A DNA stretch of 51,916 nt from Anaeramoeba ignava BMAN. Taxonomy: Eukaryota; Protista; Anaeramoebae. The notes under the pieces were generated by a model, which was given only the letters and a program-made list of their open reading frames with translations, ran no database searches and had not been told where the DNA came from. A program made the translations under genes and the position numbers. How positions within the stretch are numbered: position 1 is the stretch's first letter; each line of letters opens with the position of its first letter. The stretch is taken from positions 1 to 51,916 of the forward strand of contig JAPDFW010000046.1 in NCBI GenBank assembly GCA_028826165.1, given 5' to 3'. Shown in pieces: positions 26,389 to 38,400 of the stretch.

Positions 26389-27447
26389 ATGGAATATAAA
26401 GTGATTGGTTTAATGTCAGGAACTTCACTTGATGGAGTTGATATTGCATATTGTATTTTTCAACAAAAAGAAAATAAATGGGAATTTAAAATTGAAAAAG
26501 CAGAAACAATAGAATATCAAGAAGAATGGAGAAAAAAATTAAGAAATATTGAAAATTCAACAGCTTTTGATTTTGTAAAAACAAATATTGAATATGGAAT
26601 TTTTTTGGGAAATTTAGTGAAAAATTTTATTGAGAAAAATCAAATCAATCCCAAATTAATTGGTTCACATGGACACACAATTTTTCATCAACCAGATCAA
26701 CAAATCACATGCCAAATCGGGGATGGAGCAATGATTAGCGCCATTTCTCAACTTCCTGTTGTTTGTGATTTTAGGAAATTGGATGTTGCTTTAAATGGAC
26801 AAGGCGCTCCTTTAGTTCCAATTGGTGATCTTCTGTTATTTTCAGATTTCCCTATTTGTTTAAATATCGGTGGAATAGCTAATGTTTCTTTTGATTTAAA
26901 CGGAATTAGAATTGCTTTTGATATTTGCCCAGCCAATATGGTTCTTAATTTTTTGTCAGAAAAAAAAGGTGAACTTTTTGACAGCAACGGAAAAATGGCA
27001 AAAAATGGAAATCTTGATGAAGAATTATTAACAAAATTAAATTCCCTTGATTTTTATAATAAAAATGAACCAAAATCTTTGGGTAAAGAATGGGTTTTTC
27101 AAAAAATTATCCCAATTTTGAATGATTCTCAAATTTCTATTGAGGACAAATTAAGAACTTTTTCTGAACATATTTCGTTTCAAATTGCAAAATCACTCCA
27201 AAAATTGGAAAAGTCTTTGAATTTGTTGATAACTGGAGGTGGTGCTTATAATTCTTTTTTGGTTCAAAAAATCCAAGAAAAAACTCATCATAATGTTGTT
27301 ATTCCTTCAAAAGAAATTATTGATTATAAAGAAGCTCTTATTTTTGCTTTTCTTGCTCTTTTAAGAAAAAATAATCAAATTAATACTTTGAAATCAGTAA
27401 CTGGAGCTAAAAAAGATAGTATTGGAGGTTGTTTATATTTTAATTAA
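26389..27447 (+). CDS. anmK: Anhydro-N-acetylmuramic acid kinase (AnmK family), intronless, bacterial type
   Basis: Hallmark motifs 'IGLMSGTSLDGVD', 'IGSHGHTIFHQP', 'DFRKLDVALNGQGAPLVPIGD', 'LNIGGIAN', 'AFDICPAN', 'PKSLGKE', 'GGGAYNSFL', 'KEALIFA' and 'SVTGA'. Confidence 0.93.
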   Translation: MEYKVIGLMSGTSLDGVDIAYCIFQQKENKWEFKIEKAETIEYQEEWRKKLRNIENSTAFDFVKTNIEYGIFLGNLVKNFIEKNQINPKLIGSHGHTIFHQPDQQITCQIGDGAMISAISQLPVVCDFRKLDVALNGQGAPLVPIGDLLLFSDFPICLNIGGIANVSFDLNGIRIAFDICPANMVLNFLSEKKGELFDSNGKMAKNGNLDEELLTKLNSLDFYNKNEPKSLGKEWVFQKIIPILNDSQISIEDKLRTFSEHISFQIAKSLQKLEKSLNLLITGGGAYNSFLVQKIQEKTHHNVVIPSKEIIDYKEALIFAFLALLRKNNQINTLKSVTGAKKDSIGGCLYFN

Positions 27448-27508
27448 ATTTGATTTTAAATTTAAATATAAAAAATTAATTTTTTATTATTTTGTTCCAC
27501 TTTTTTTT

Positions 27509-28113
27509 TTATTTTTTTTGAAAAACAATTTTTTGGAATTTTTTAGATTTCTTTTCACTATTAATTTCAATTAATTCTCCCTTTTTTTTTTTATTTTTTT
27601 AAAAATAATAAAAAATTAATAAAATTAATAAAAATAAAATAATTTTTTTTCTTTTTTTACATTTGAATTAATCATAGAATCAATTTCAATTAAAACTCTA
27701 TGATAAGAATCAATAATTTTTTCTTTAGAAATTCCTGTTCCTAAAACTTCTTTTAATCTATTCAATAAAATATTCAAAATATCAATTACTTTTTTTTTTT
27801 GTTTTTAAAATTAAAATTAAAATTTTCTTTTTGATTTTGATTTTGATTTTTAAAAAAAGAAACTACAAAATATTTCAGTATAATCTTCTTTTCCTGTTAA
27901 AAATATTAAAACATTTCCAACTTTCATTAAAATAGTAACTTTATCATTAAATTGAAAAACTTCTTCATTTCCTTCTTTTAAATTTTCCCAAAAAGGTTGA
28001 GTTGTTTCATAAAGTAATTTATTCCATTTTAAATTTTCAAGTTCATTTGAATCATAATTTTTTTCATAAATAACAAATCCTTTAAAATTTGTAAATAAAA
28101 TTTGAAATAACAT
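27509..28113 (-). CDS. Longin-domain small adaptor subunit, TSPOON/LOLITA-like (TSET complex sigma-like); 2 introns
   Basis: The spliced sequence is 'MLFQILFTNFKGFVIYEK...LKW...VGNVLIFLTGKEDYTEIFLIDILNILLNRLKEVLG...EKIIDSYHRVLIEIDSMINSNG...'. It parallels the LOLITA/TSPOON pattern as I recall it (VLFAN-G, L-W, LGDV-IF-GKDEYDEL, KDV-G, D-Y-RI-LD-I-G). Confidence 0.72.
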
Positions 28114-28211
28114 TTTATAAAAAATGAAAAAAATGAAAAATGAAAAATGAAAAAAATTTTTTAATTGAATTTGAGAATAAAAAAAACAAAAACAAAAACA
28201 ACAAAAACAAA

Positions 28212-28231
28212 CATTCATTCATTCATTATTT

Positions 28232-28319
<88 letters not shown>

Positions 28320-28836
28320 TCATGTTTTGGATTAAATTGATTATTTCATATTTTGATTATTATTCTTTTGAATTAATTATTTCATATTTTGATTATTTTT
28401 CTTTTGAATTAAATTGATTATTTCATTCTTTCTTGTTTTGAATTAAATTAATTATTTCATATTTTGATTATTATTTTGAATTAAATTAATAATTTCATAT
28501 TTTGATTATTCTTTTGAATTAAATTGATTATTTCATATTTTGATTATTATTCTTTTAAATTAATAAATTCATATTTTGATTATTATTCTTTTGAATTAAA
28601 TTGATTATTTCATTCTTTCTTGTTTTGGATTAAATTAATTATTTCATATTTTGATTATTTTTCTTTTAAATTAATTATTTCATTCTTTCATGTTTTGGAT
28701 TAAATTGATTATTTCATGTTTTGAATTAAATTAATTATTTCTTTCTTTCATGTTTTGGATTAAATTAATAAATTCATTCTTTCATGTTTTGGATTAAATT
28801 AATAAATTCATTCTTTCTTTCTTTCTTGTTTTGGAT
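28212..28836. repeat. (ttca)n/(ttct)n microsatellite followed by degenerate repeats (ttttggattaaattgattatttcat)
   Basis: (ttct)n at ~28230-28320, then imperfect tandem units up to the next stop codon. Confidence 0.85.
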
Positions 28837-30369
28837 TTAATTATCTTTTAAATAAAATACTTGCACTTCTTCAATTTTAAAATGTATTTCACCTGCTAAA
28901 AAATAATTAAAATTTCCATCTAAATCAATATCTAAATCAATACCTAAATCTTTTGGAACTTGATAATTAATTCCAAAATGACACCATCCAGTTTTCATAT
29001 CTTTTTCAACTTGAAAATCTCTTTTAGAAATATTTCCAAAAGAAGGTCCTAAATTAGGATTATAATAAACAGCAAATTGAAATTTATCAATTTGAATAGG
29101 AAATTTCCAAAAAGATGATCCATTAATATTTGCTAATTGAAATAAAAAAGCATTTGGATCTTCAATTGAACTGTAATCTACATAATCATTAATCCATAAT
29201 TTTTTATTAGTTGAAAATCCAACTTTTGTATAACCACCAAAAATAAAACCTTTCTTTGTTTTAATAATCACAATAGTTTCTCCTTTATTATCACATTTTT
29301 GATGGAATTTAAAAGATGAAAATCCATCTCTTTGCGCAGAATAACCTAAAACAAGATTACTTAAGAAAACTTCATTTCCTATCCATTTCTTGAAACATGA
29401 TAAATATTCAGGTGTAATCAATGTGTCTTTATATTTAAGTCTTGATCTTGAACAAAATATTTTCCATTTTTTATCTTGAGCTCTTTTCGTAAGTTCTTCA
29501 TATTGCTTTTGATATTCAATTCTTTCTTTCTTCCCAATATTTCTATCATTGCTTAATTTTTCTCGAATTTTAAAATACAAATCAATATCACTCATCATTT
29601 TCTTGTTGATGATATTTAAACTACTTATTTTTTCAATATCCTTAATATCAAAATCACAAAAACGAATCTTTTTAAATAATTTAACAAATGATTTAAGCTT
29701 TGAATGCGTTTCTTTTTTTTCAAGATTATCTCCATCTCCATACAATTTAATATTATGATTTCCCCATTTGATCAAATTATGGAACAAATCAATTTCACTA
29801 TCAAATATCAGCTCATCATTTTCAAGTATTTTTTGCAAGTGATAATCAGATAATTGATAAAAATATCCTGATTGAACTAATTGATAAAAATTTGAAATTG
29901 CGAATTTAAGACAAAAATCATGAAGATTCAAGATTTTATATTGGAAAGCAATATCCAAAATAGAAGCAACAGTATCAATAGAGACTTTTTCGATAAGATA
30001 TTCTTCACAATATTTAGTCAATTCTGGAAATAAATATTTAGAAGCAAAAATCATGATTGAAATTGTATTTTCTTGATTTAAAGTAATTTTTCCAGTGTAA
30101 ATATAATTCAAAATATCTTCAAAAAAATTTGGTGTGATTCCATAAAAATTTGCTATTCCTGTTTGTGATTCTTTCATTTTTGATTCTAAAAGTCCTTTAA
30201 AATATTCACTTCTAATTGAAAGTATTGATTTGTGACAATTAAATTGAGTTTTTTTATTTTCAATTGTATTTTCATGTATAAAAATAACAAAATCTGATAA
30301 ATATTTTGAGTCTAATAATTGTTTTAAATTTGTAACTAATTTATTTGTATTTGAAAATTCTTTTTCCAT
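28837..30369 (-). CDS. BTB/POZ-BACK-TLDc domain protein
   Basis: BTB: 'SDFVI...FNCHKSILSIRSEYFKGLLESKMKES...ILNYIYTG'. BACK: 'SEIDLFHNLIKW...IRF'. TLDc: 'YSAQRDGFSSFKFHQKCDNKGETIVIIKT...FGGYT...DPNAFLF...GPSFG...IEEVQVF'. Confidence 0.92.
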   Translation of the reverse strand: MEKEFSNTNKLVTNLKQLLDSKYLSDFVIFIHENTIENKKTQFNCHKSILSIRSEYFKGLLESKMKESQTGIANFYGITPNFFEDILNYIYTGKITLNQENTISIMIFASKYLFPELTKYCEEYLIEKVSIDTVASILDIAFQYKILNLHDFCLKFAISNFYQLVQSGYFYQLSDYHLQKILENDELIFDSEIDLFHNLIKWGNHNIKLYGDGDNLEKKETHSKLKSFVKLFKKIRFCDFDIKDIEKISSLNIINKKMMSDIDLYFKIREKLSNDRNIGKKERIEYQKQYEELTKRAQDKKWKIFCSRSRLKYKDTLITPEYLSCFKKWIGNEVFLSNLVLGYSAQRDGFSSFKFHQKCDNKGETIVIIKTKKGFIFGGYTKVGFSTNKKLWINDYVDYSSIEDPNAFLFQLANINGSSFWKFPIQIDKFQFAVYYNPNLGPSFGNISKRDFQVEKDMKTGWCHFGINYQVPKDLGIDLDIDLDGNFNYFLAGEIHFKIEEVQVFYLKDN

Positions 30370-30462
30370 TTTTTTAAAAAGAAAATGAAAATGAAAATGA
30401 AAATGAAAAAAATGAATTGAAAAAATTTTAAAAAAAAAAATAATCTTTTTAATTTTTTCTAT

Positions 30463-31280
30463 TTATTTTTTAACTACTCCAACATCAGTTGCTCTAATAA
30501 CTCTTTCTCTAAGTTTATATCCTGATTTAATAATAATTCCTATTGTTCCTGGTTGTAAATTATCATCTGAAACTTGAAATACTGCGTTATGAATAATTGG
30601 GTCAAATAAATCACCTTTTTTCGTTGGAATTTTAAAAATATTGAATTTTTCAAATACTTTTGTTAGTTCTTTTCTTGTCATTTCAACCCCATCAAATAAC
30701 ACTTTAAATTCTTGTGTTTTTTCAGAAATTTCTTTCACTTTTTCTTCTGGAAAATTTTCTAACGTTCGATCCAAATTATCAGCAACTTCAAAAATTTTAA
30801 TTGCGAAATTTTGAATTGAATATTGTTTTATTAAATTGATTTGGTTTTCTGTTTGTTTTCTGAAATTATCCATATCTGCAATACTTCTTAAATAATTGTT
30901 TTTTGTTTCTTTTAATTCTTTTGATAACTTTTCTTTTTCTTCTTTTAATTTTTCAATATTTTCTTTTAAATCATTTGATTCTTTTTCTTTTGAATCATTT
31001 GATTCATTTTCTTTTGAATTATTTGATTCTTTTTCTTTTGAATCATTTGATTCATTTTCTTTTAAATTATTTGTTATGTTTTGACTAAATAATCTAAATT
31101 TAGGTATTTTTTTCTTTTTTGATTTTTTAATTTTTTTTAATTTCGAAAAAATTTTTTTTAATTTAAATTTTTTTTTCTTACAAAAATAAAATTAAATGTA
31201 TTTTTATTTTGAAATAATGAAGAATTAAATGATTTTGAAAGAGAAAAAGATTGTTTATTTATTAAAGAAATTAATGACAT
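30463..31280 (-). CDS. grpE: GrpE/Mge1 nucleotide-exchange factor with N-terminal organellar presequence; intron 31181-31114
   Basis: GrpE core: 'YLRSIADMDNFRKQ...EVADNLDR...GVEMT...GDLFDPIIHNAV...SGYKLRERVIRATDVGV'. Exon 1 plus the start of exon 2 give 'MSLISLINKQSFSLSKSFNSSLFQNKNTFNFIFKKIPKFRLFS', in frame with the 30873 ORF. Confidence 0.9.
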
Positions 31281-31391
31281 GGAAAAAACTTATTCAGAAA
31301 AAATGAAAAAATGAAAAATTAAAAAAATGAAAAATTAAAAAAATTTTTTCATTTTTTTTCATTTCAAAAAATAAAAATAAATAAAAATAAA
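31281..31391. promoter_or_regulatory. Compact bidirectional promoter (GrpE / ankyrin-BTB copy 1) with mirrored TTTTCATTTT motifs
   Basis: 111 bp separate the divergent ATGs: three aaaaatgaaaaa copies, then two ttttcattt copies. Confidence 0.6.
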
Positions 31392-34300
31392 ATGAATAAA
31401 AATAAAATTTATAAAATTATAAAAGAAAATGAAATTGAAAAAATTAAAGAAATTATAAAAGAAATTAATAATGAAGAAAAAGATAAAAAGAAAATAATAA
31501 AATATTCAATAAAACAAAAAGTTTCCAAAGAAATAATTGAATATTTAATAACAGAATTATTTAATAATAATGATAATAATGATATTAATTTTAAAGATAA
31601 AAAAAGAAGAAATTTATTACAAATTTCAATTATAAATCAATCAAAAATTGAAATAATTAAATTATTAATTAAAAAAGGAATTAATATTAATTCAAAAGAT
31701 AAAAAAGGAAAAACAATTATTCATTATTTAATAAAATATTTAAAAAATGAAAAAGAATTAATTGAAATTATTGAATATTTAATTTCCAAATAAAATTAAT
31801 AATATAAATGAAAAAACAAACAGACACAAAACAATATTACATTATGCATGTGAATATAATTCAATTAAAATTATTGAATATTTACTTTCCAAAGAAAATA
31901 ATAATATAAATGAAAAAACAAATGAAAATAAAACAGTTTTACATTTTGCATGTCAAAATAATTCAATCGAAGTTATCGAATATTTACTTTCCAAAGGAAT
32001 TAATATAAATGATAAAACAAAACAAAATAAAACAGTTTTACATTACGCATCTAAAAGCAATTCAATTGAAGTTATTGAATATTTAATTTCAAAAGGAATT
32101 AATATTAATTCAAAAACAAATAAAAATGAAACAATTTTACATTCTGCATCTAAAAAGAATTCACTTGAAGTTATTAAATATTTAATATCCAAAGGAATTA
32201 ATATTAATTCAAAAACAAATCAAAATCAAACAATATTACATTACGCCTGCTACAATAATTCAATTAAAGTTATTGAATATTTAATATCCAAAGATCTTGA
32301 TATTAATTCAAAAACCAAAAGGAACGAAACAGTTTTACATTACGCATCTAAAAACAATTCACTTGATGTTATTGAATATTTAATTTCCAAAGATCTGGAT
32401 ATTAATGCAAAAACAAGAAGGAACGAAACAATTTTACATTATGCATGCCAAAAGAATTTATTTGAAGTTATTAAATATTTAATTTCCAAAGGTGTTGATA
32501 TTAAATGCAATTACAAATGATAACGAAACAGCTTTACATTTTGCTTTTCGAAACAATCCATCATTTAAAGTTATTAAATATTTAATTTCTAAAGGTGTTG
32601 ATATAAATGCAATTACAAGTGCCAATGAAACAGCTTTACAATTAGCTTGTCAAAACAATCCATCAATTCAAATTATTGAATATTTAATTTCCAAAGGTGT
32701 TGATATTCATGAAAAAACCAAATGGAATGAAACACTTATTCATTTGGTTTGTGAAAATAATACATCAATTGAAGTTATTGAATATTTAATTTCTAAAGGA
32801 ATTGATATTAATGAAAAAAACATATGGAATGAAACAGTTTTACATATAGTTTGTCAATATAATACATCACTTGAAATTATTGAATATTTAGTTGAAAAAA
32901 GTGTAGATATTTATTCAAAAACAAATTATAATGAAACAGCTTTACATTATGCTTTTGAGAATCAAAATAATCCATCACTTGAAGTTATTGAATATTTGAT
33001 TTCTCAAGGAATTGATATTAATGATAAAATTGATCAAAATAAAACAGTTTTACATTTAGCTTGTAGAAATAATTCACCAATTCAAATTATTGAATATTTA
33101 ATTGAAAAAGGCCTTGATATTAATGCAAAAACAAATTATGATGAAACACCTTTACTTTTAGCTTGTGAATCCAATTCACTTGAAGTTATTCAATATTTAA
33201 TTTCCAAAGGTGCTGATATTAATGCAAAAACAGATTATAATGAAACAACTTTACATTTAGCTTCTAAAAATAATTCACTTCAAGTTATTGAATATTTAAT
33301 TTCCCAAGGTGTTGATGTCAATGCAAAAACAGGTTATAATGAAACAGCTTTACATATAGCTTGTAGATATAATTCATCATTTGAAGTTATTGAATATTTG
33401 ATTTCCAAAGAAATTGATATCAATGCAAAAACAAATGGAAATGAAACAGTTTTACATTTTGCTTGTAGAAATAATCCATCAATTCAAATTATTGAATATT
33501 TGATTTCCAAAGAAATTGATATAAATGAAAAGACAAATAGAAATGAAACACTTTTACATTTTGCTTGTCAAAGTAATCCATCGCTTGAAATTATTGAATA
33601 TTTAGTTGAAAAAGGAATTGATATTAATGCAAAAACAAATAGAAATGAAACTGCTTTACATATTGCTTGCAGAAATAAACCATTTGAAATTATTGAATAT
33701 TTAGTTGAAAAAGGAATTGATATTAATGCAAAAACAAATTCAAATCAAACAGCTTTACATATTGCTTGTGAATATAATTCACCACTCGAAGTTATTGAAT
33801 ATTTAATTTCAAAGGAATTGATACTAATGCAAAAACAAATCAAAATAAAAATGCTTTACATTATGCTTGCCATTATAATCCATCAATTCAAACTATTGAA
33901 TATTTAATTTCCAAAGGAATTGATATTTATGCAAAAACAAATGAGAACGAATCAGCTTTACATTATGCTTGTCAATATAACCCTTCGCTTGAAGTTATTG
34001 AATATTTGATTTCCAAAGGTCTTGATATTAATGCAAAAACAAATCAAAACCAAACAGTTTTACATTTAATTTCCAGATTTAATTCAATTCAAACTGTTCA
34101 ATATTTAGTTTCCAAAGGAATTGATATTAATGCAAAAAATAATCAAAATGAAACAGCTTTACATTTAGCTTGCCGATTCAATTTTTTTCAAATTATCCAA
34201 TATTTAATTTCCAAAGGAATTGATATTAATGCAAAAACAAATCAAAATGAAACAGCTTTACATTATACTTGCCAAAACAATCCTTCATTAAAAGTTATTC

Positions 34301-35343
34301 AATATTTAATTTCTAAAGGAATTGATATTAATGCAAAAAATAATCAAAATGAAACTGCTTTACATTTAGCTTGCCAATTCAATTCAATTCAAATTGTTGA
34401 ATATTTAATTTCCAAAGGTGCTGATATTAATTCAAAAACAAATCAAAATGAAACAATTCTTTCAATATCAATTAAAAAACAAAATGAAAATATAATCAAA
34501 TTTTTATTAATGAATGATATGAATATTGATAATTTAAAAAAAAAACAAATCACAAAACAATTTATTCAATTATTTTCACAAATTTATTCAATTAATGAAG
34601 ATATGAATAATTTATTAAAATCAAATAATCAATTTTCAGATTTAATAATTCAATCAAATGATTTATTTAAATTTAAAGTTCATAAATTAATATTATTAAC
34701 AAGATTTGATAATAATGAATTAATTTTACAAAAATTTATTAATAATTGTTATCAAAAACCAAAAAAAGAAATTGAAATTATTTTAAATTTTATTTATACT
34801 GGATTTTATAATTTTGATAAATTTATTGATAAATTTAATTCAAAACAAATTGAAAAACAAAATGAAAATAAAAATGAAAATGAAAATGAAAATGAAAATG
34901 AAAAAGAAATTATCCAAAATTTTATTAAAGAAATTGGAATTGATTCAAATTGGATTGAAAATAAAAAAGGAAGAAAAGGAATAATAAATGATTTATCAAA
35001 ATTATATAAAGAAAATAAAACCAAAGATTTTAAAATTATTGTTGAAGAAAAAGAAATTAAAATTCATAAATTAATATTAATAATTCGAAGTGAATTATTT
35101 AAAGGAATGTTTGAATTAAATATTCAAGATTCATCAAATCAAGTTCATGATTATTCAAGAAAATCATTTGAAACAATTAATCAATTTATTTATTTTCTTT
35201 ATCATGATAAATTTAATAATATTGAAAAAGAAAAAGAAAAAGAAAAAGAAATTATTTTAGAAGAATTTTATGATTTGAAAGATTATTTTCAATTAAATCA
35301 AAATTCAATTATTGATTTAATTTTAAAAGATTTAAAAAATTAA
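31392..35343 (+). CDS. Ankyrin-repeat + tandem BTB protein, array copy 1 (three apparent frameshifts ~31790, ~32500, ~33815)
   Basis: It has the same N-terminus and C-terminal BTB ('FKVHKLILLTRF', 'KIHKLILIIRSELFKGMF') as copy 2 and is collinear with it except for small indels. It is either a pseudogene or carries assembly errors. Confidence 0.8.
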
Positions 35344-35415
35344 TTTTAAATTTTTTTCCATTTTTTCATTTTTTTTCATTTTTTATTTCAAAAAATAAAA
35401 ATAAAAAAAAATAAA

Positions 35416-38400
35416 ATGAATAAAAATAAAATTTATAAAATTATAAAAGAAAATGAAATTGAAAAAATTAAAGAAATAATAAAAGAAATTAATGAAGAAA
35501 AAAATAAAAAGAAAATAATAAAATATTCAATAAAACAAAAAGTTTCCAAAGAAATAATTGAATATTTAATAACAGAATTATTTAATAATAATAATAATAA
35601 TGATATTAATTTTAAAGATAAAAAAAGAAGAAATTTATTACAAATTTCAATTATAAATCAATCAAAAATTGAAATAATTAAATTATTAATAACAAAAGGA
35701 ATTAATATTAATTCAAAAGATAAAAAAGGAAAAACAATTATTCATTATTTAATAAAATATTTAAAAAATGAAAAAGAATTAATTGAAATTATTGAATATT
35801 TAATTTCCAATAAAATTAATATAAATGAAAAAACAAATTCAAATAAAACAATTTTACATTATGCATGTGAATATAATTCAATTCAAGTTATCGAATATTT
35901 AATATCCAAAGGAATTAATATTAATTTAAAAACAAATTCAAATGAAACAATATTACATTTTGCATGTCAAAATAATTCAATTGAAGTTATTGAATATTTA
36001 ATTTCAAAAGGAATTAATATTAATTCAAAAACAAATAAAAATGAAACAATTTTACATTATGCTTGTAAAAAGAATTCAATTCAAGTTATTCAATATTTAA
36101 TTTCTAAAGGAATTAATATTAATTCAAAAACAAATCAATACAAAACAATATTACATTATGCATCTAAAAAGAATTCACTTGAAGTTATTAAATATTTAAT
36201 TTCTAAAGGACTTAATATTAATTCAAAAACCAAATGGAATGAAACAATATTACATTATGCATGTAAAAATAATTCATTTGAAGTTATTGAATATTTAATT
36301 TCCAAAGGAATTAATATTAATTTAAAAACAAGATGGAATGAAACAATTTTACATTCTGCATGTAAAAATAATTCATTTGATGTTATTAAATATTTAATTT
36401 CCAAAGGTCTGGATATTAATGCAATTACAAATGATAACGAAACAATTTTACATTATGCTTGCCAAAAGAATTCAGTTGATGTTATTAAATATTTGGTTTC
36501 TAAAGGTGTTGATATAAATGCAATTACAAGTGATAACGAAACAGCTTTACATTATGCTTGTAGAAACAATTTATCATTCAAAGTTATTGAATATTTAGTT
36601 TCCAAAGGTGTTGATATAAATGAAAAAAACAAATGGAATCAAACACTTATTCATTTGGTTTGTGAAAATAATCCATCAATTCAAGTTATTGAATATTTAA
36701 TTTCCAAAGGAGTTGATATTAATGAAAAAACCAAATGGAATGAAACAGTTTTACATTATGCTTTTAGATATAATCCATCAATTGAAATTATTGAATATTT
36801 GATTTCCAAAGGAATTAACATTAATTCAAAAACAAATCAAAATGAAACAATGTTACATTATTTTTTTGAAAATCAAAATAATCCATCACTTGAAGTTATT
36901 GAATATTTAGTTTCTCAAGGAATTGATATTAATTCAAAAACAGATCAAAATGAAACAGTTTTACATTTAGCTTGTAGAAATAATTTATCAATTGAAATTA
37001 TTCAATATTTGATTTCCAAAGGAATTGATATTAATTCAAAAACAAATTATGATGAAACACCTTTACTTTTAGCTTGTGAATTCAATTCATTTGAAGTTAT
37101 TCAATATTTAATTTCCAAAGGTGCTGATATTAATGCAAAAACAGATTACAATGAAACAGTTTTACATTTAGCTTGTAGAAATAATCTATCAATTGAAATT
37201 ATTCAATATTTAATTTCCAAAGGTGCTGATATCAATTCAAAAACAAATGGAAATGAAACAGTTTTACATTTAGCTTGTAGAAATAATCTATCAATTCAAA
37301 TTATTGAATATTTGATTTCCAAAGGAATTGATATCAATGAAAAAACAAATCGAAACGAAACTGTTTTACATTATATTTGTCGACATAATCCATCACTTGA
37401 AGTTATTGAATATTTAATTTCCAAAGGAATTGATATTAATGAAAAAACAAATAGAAATCAAACTGCTTTGCATTATGCTTGCCAAGCTAATCCATCATTT
37501 GAAATTATTCAATATTTGATTTCCAAAGGAATTGATATTAATGCAAAAACAAATCAAAACCAAACAGCTTTACATTTTGCTTGCAGAAACAAACCATTTG
37601 AAATTATTCAATATTTAGTTGAAAAAGGTGTTAATATTAATGAAAAAGCAAATCAAAAACAAACACTCTTACATATTGTTTGTCAATATAATTCACCCTT
37701 TGAAGTTATTGAATATTTAATTGAAAAAGGAATTGATATTAATGCAAAAACAAATCGAAATGAAACAGTTTTACATTTTGCTTGTCGAAATAATTCTCTT
37801 GAAATTGTTGAATATTTAATTTCCAAAGGAATTGATATTTATTCAAAAACAAATGAGAACGAAACAGCTTTACATTATGCTTGCCAAAATAACTCACCAA
37901 TTGAAATTATTCAATATTTAATTGAAAAAGAAATTGATATTAATGCAAAAACAAGACGAAGTCAAACTGCTTTGCATTTTGCAACCAGATTCAATTCAAT
38001 TCAAACTGTTCAATATTTAGTTTCCAAAGGAATTGATATTAATGCAAAAAATAATCAAAATGAAACTGCTTTACATTTAGCTTGCCGATTCAATTTTTTT
38101 CAAATTATCCAATATTTGATTTCCAAAGGAATTGATATAAATGCAAAAACAAATCAAAATGAAACAGCTTTACATTTAGCTTGCCAAAATAATTTATCAT
38201 TAAAAGTTATTCAATATTTAATTTCTAAAGGAATTGATATTAATGCAAAAAATAATCAAAATGAAACTGTTTTACATTTTGCTTGCCAATTCAATTCAAT
38301 TCAAATTGTTGAATATTTAATTTCCAAAGGTGCTGATATTAATTCAAAAACAAATCAAAATGAAACAATTCTTTCAATATCAATTAAAAAACAAAATGAA

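Noticed and set aside
26389-27447. anmK as bacterial contamination
   Set aside because: It is tightly flanked by intron-containing eukaryotic genes and shares host composition and the upstream motif.
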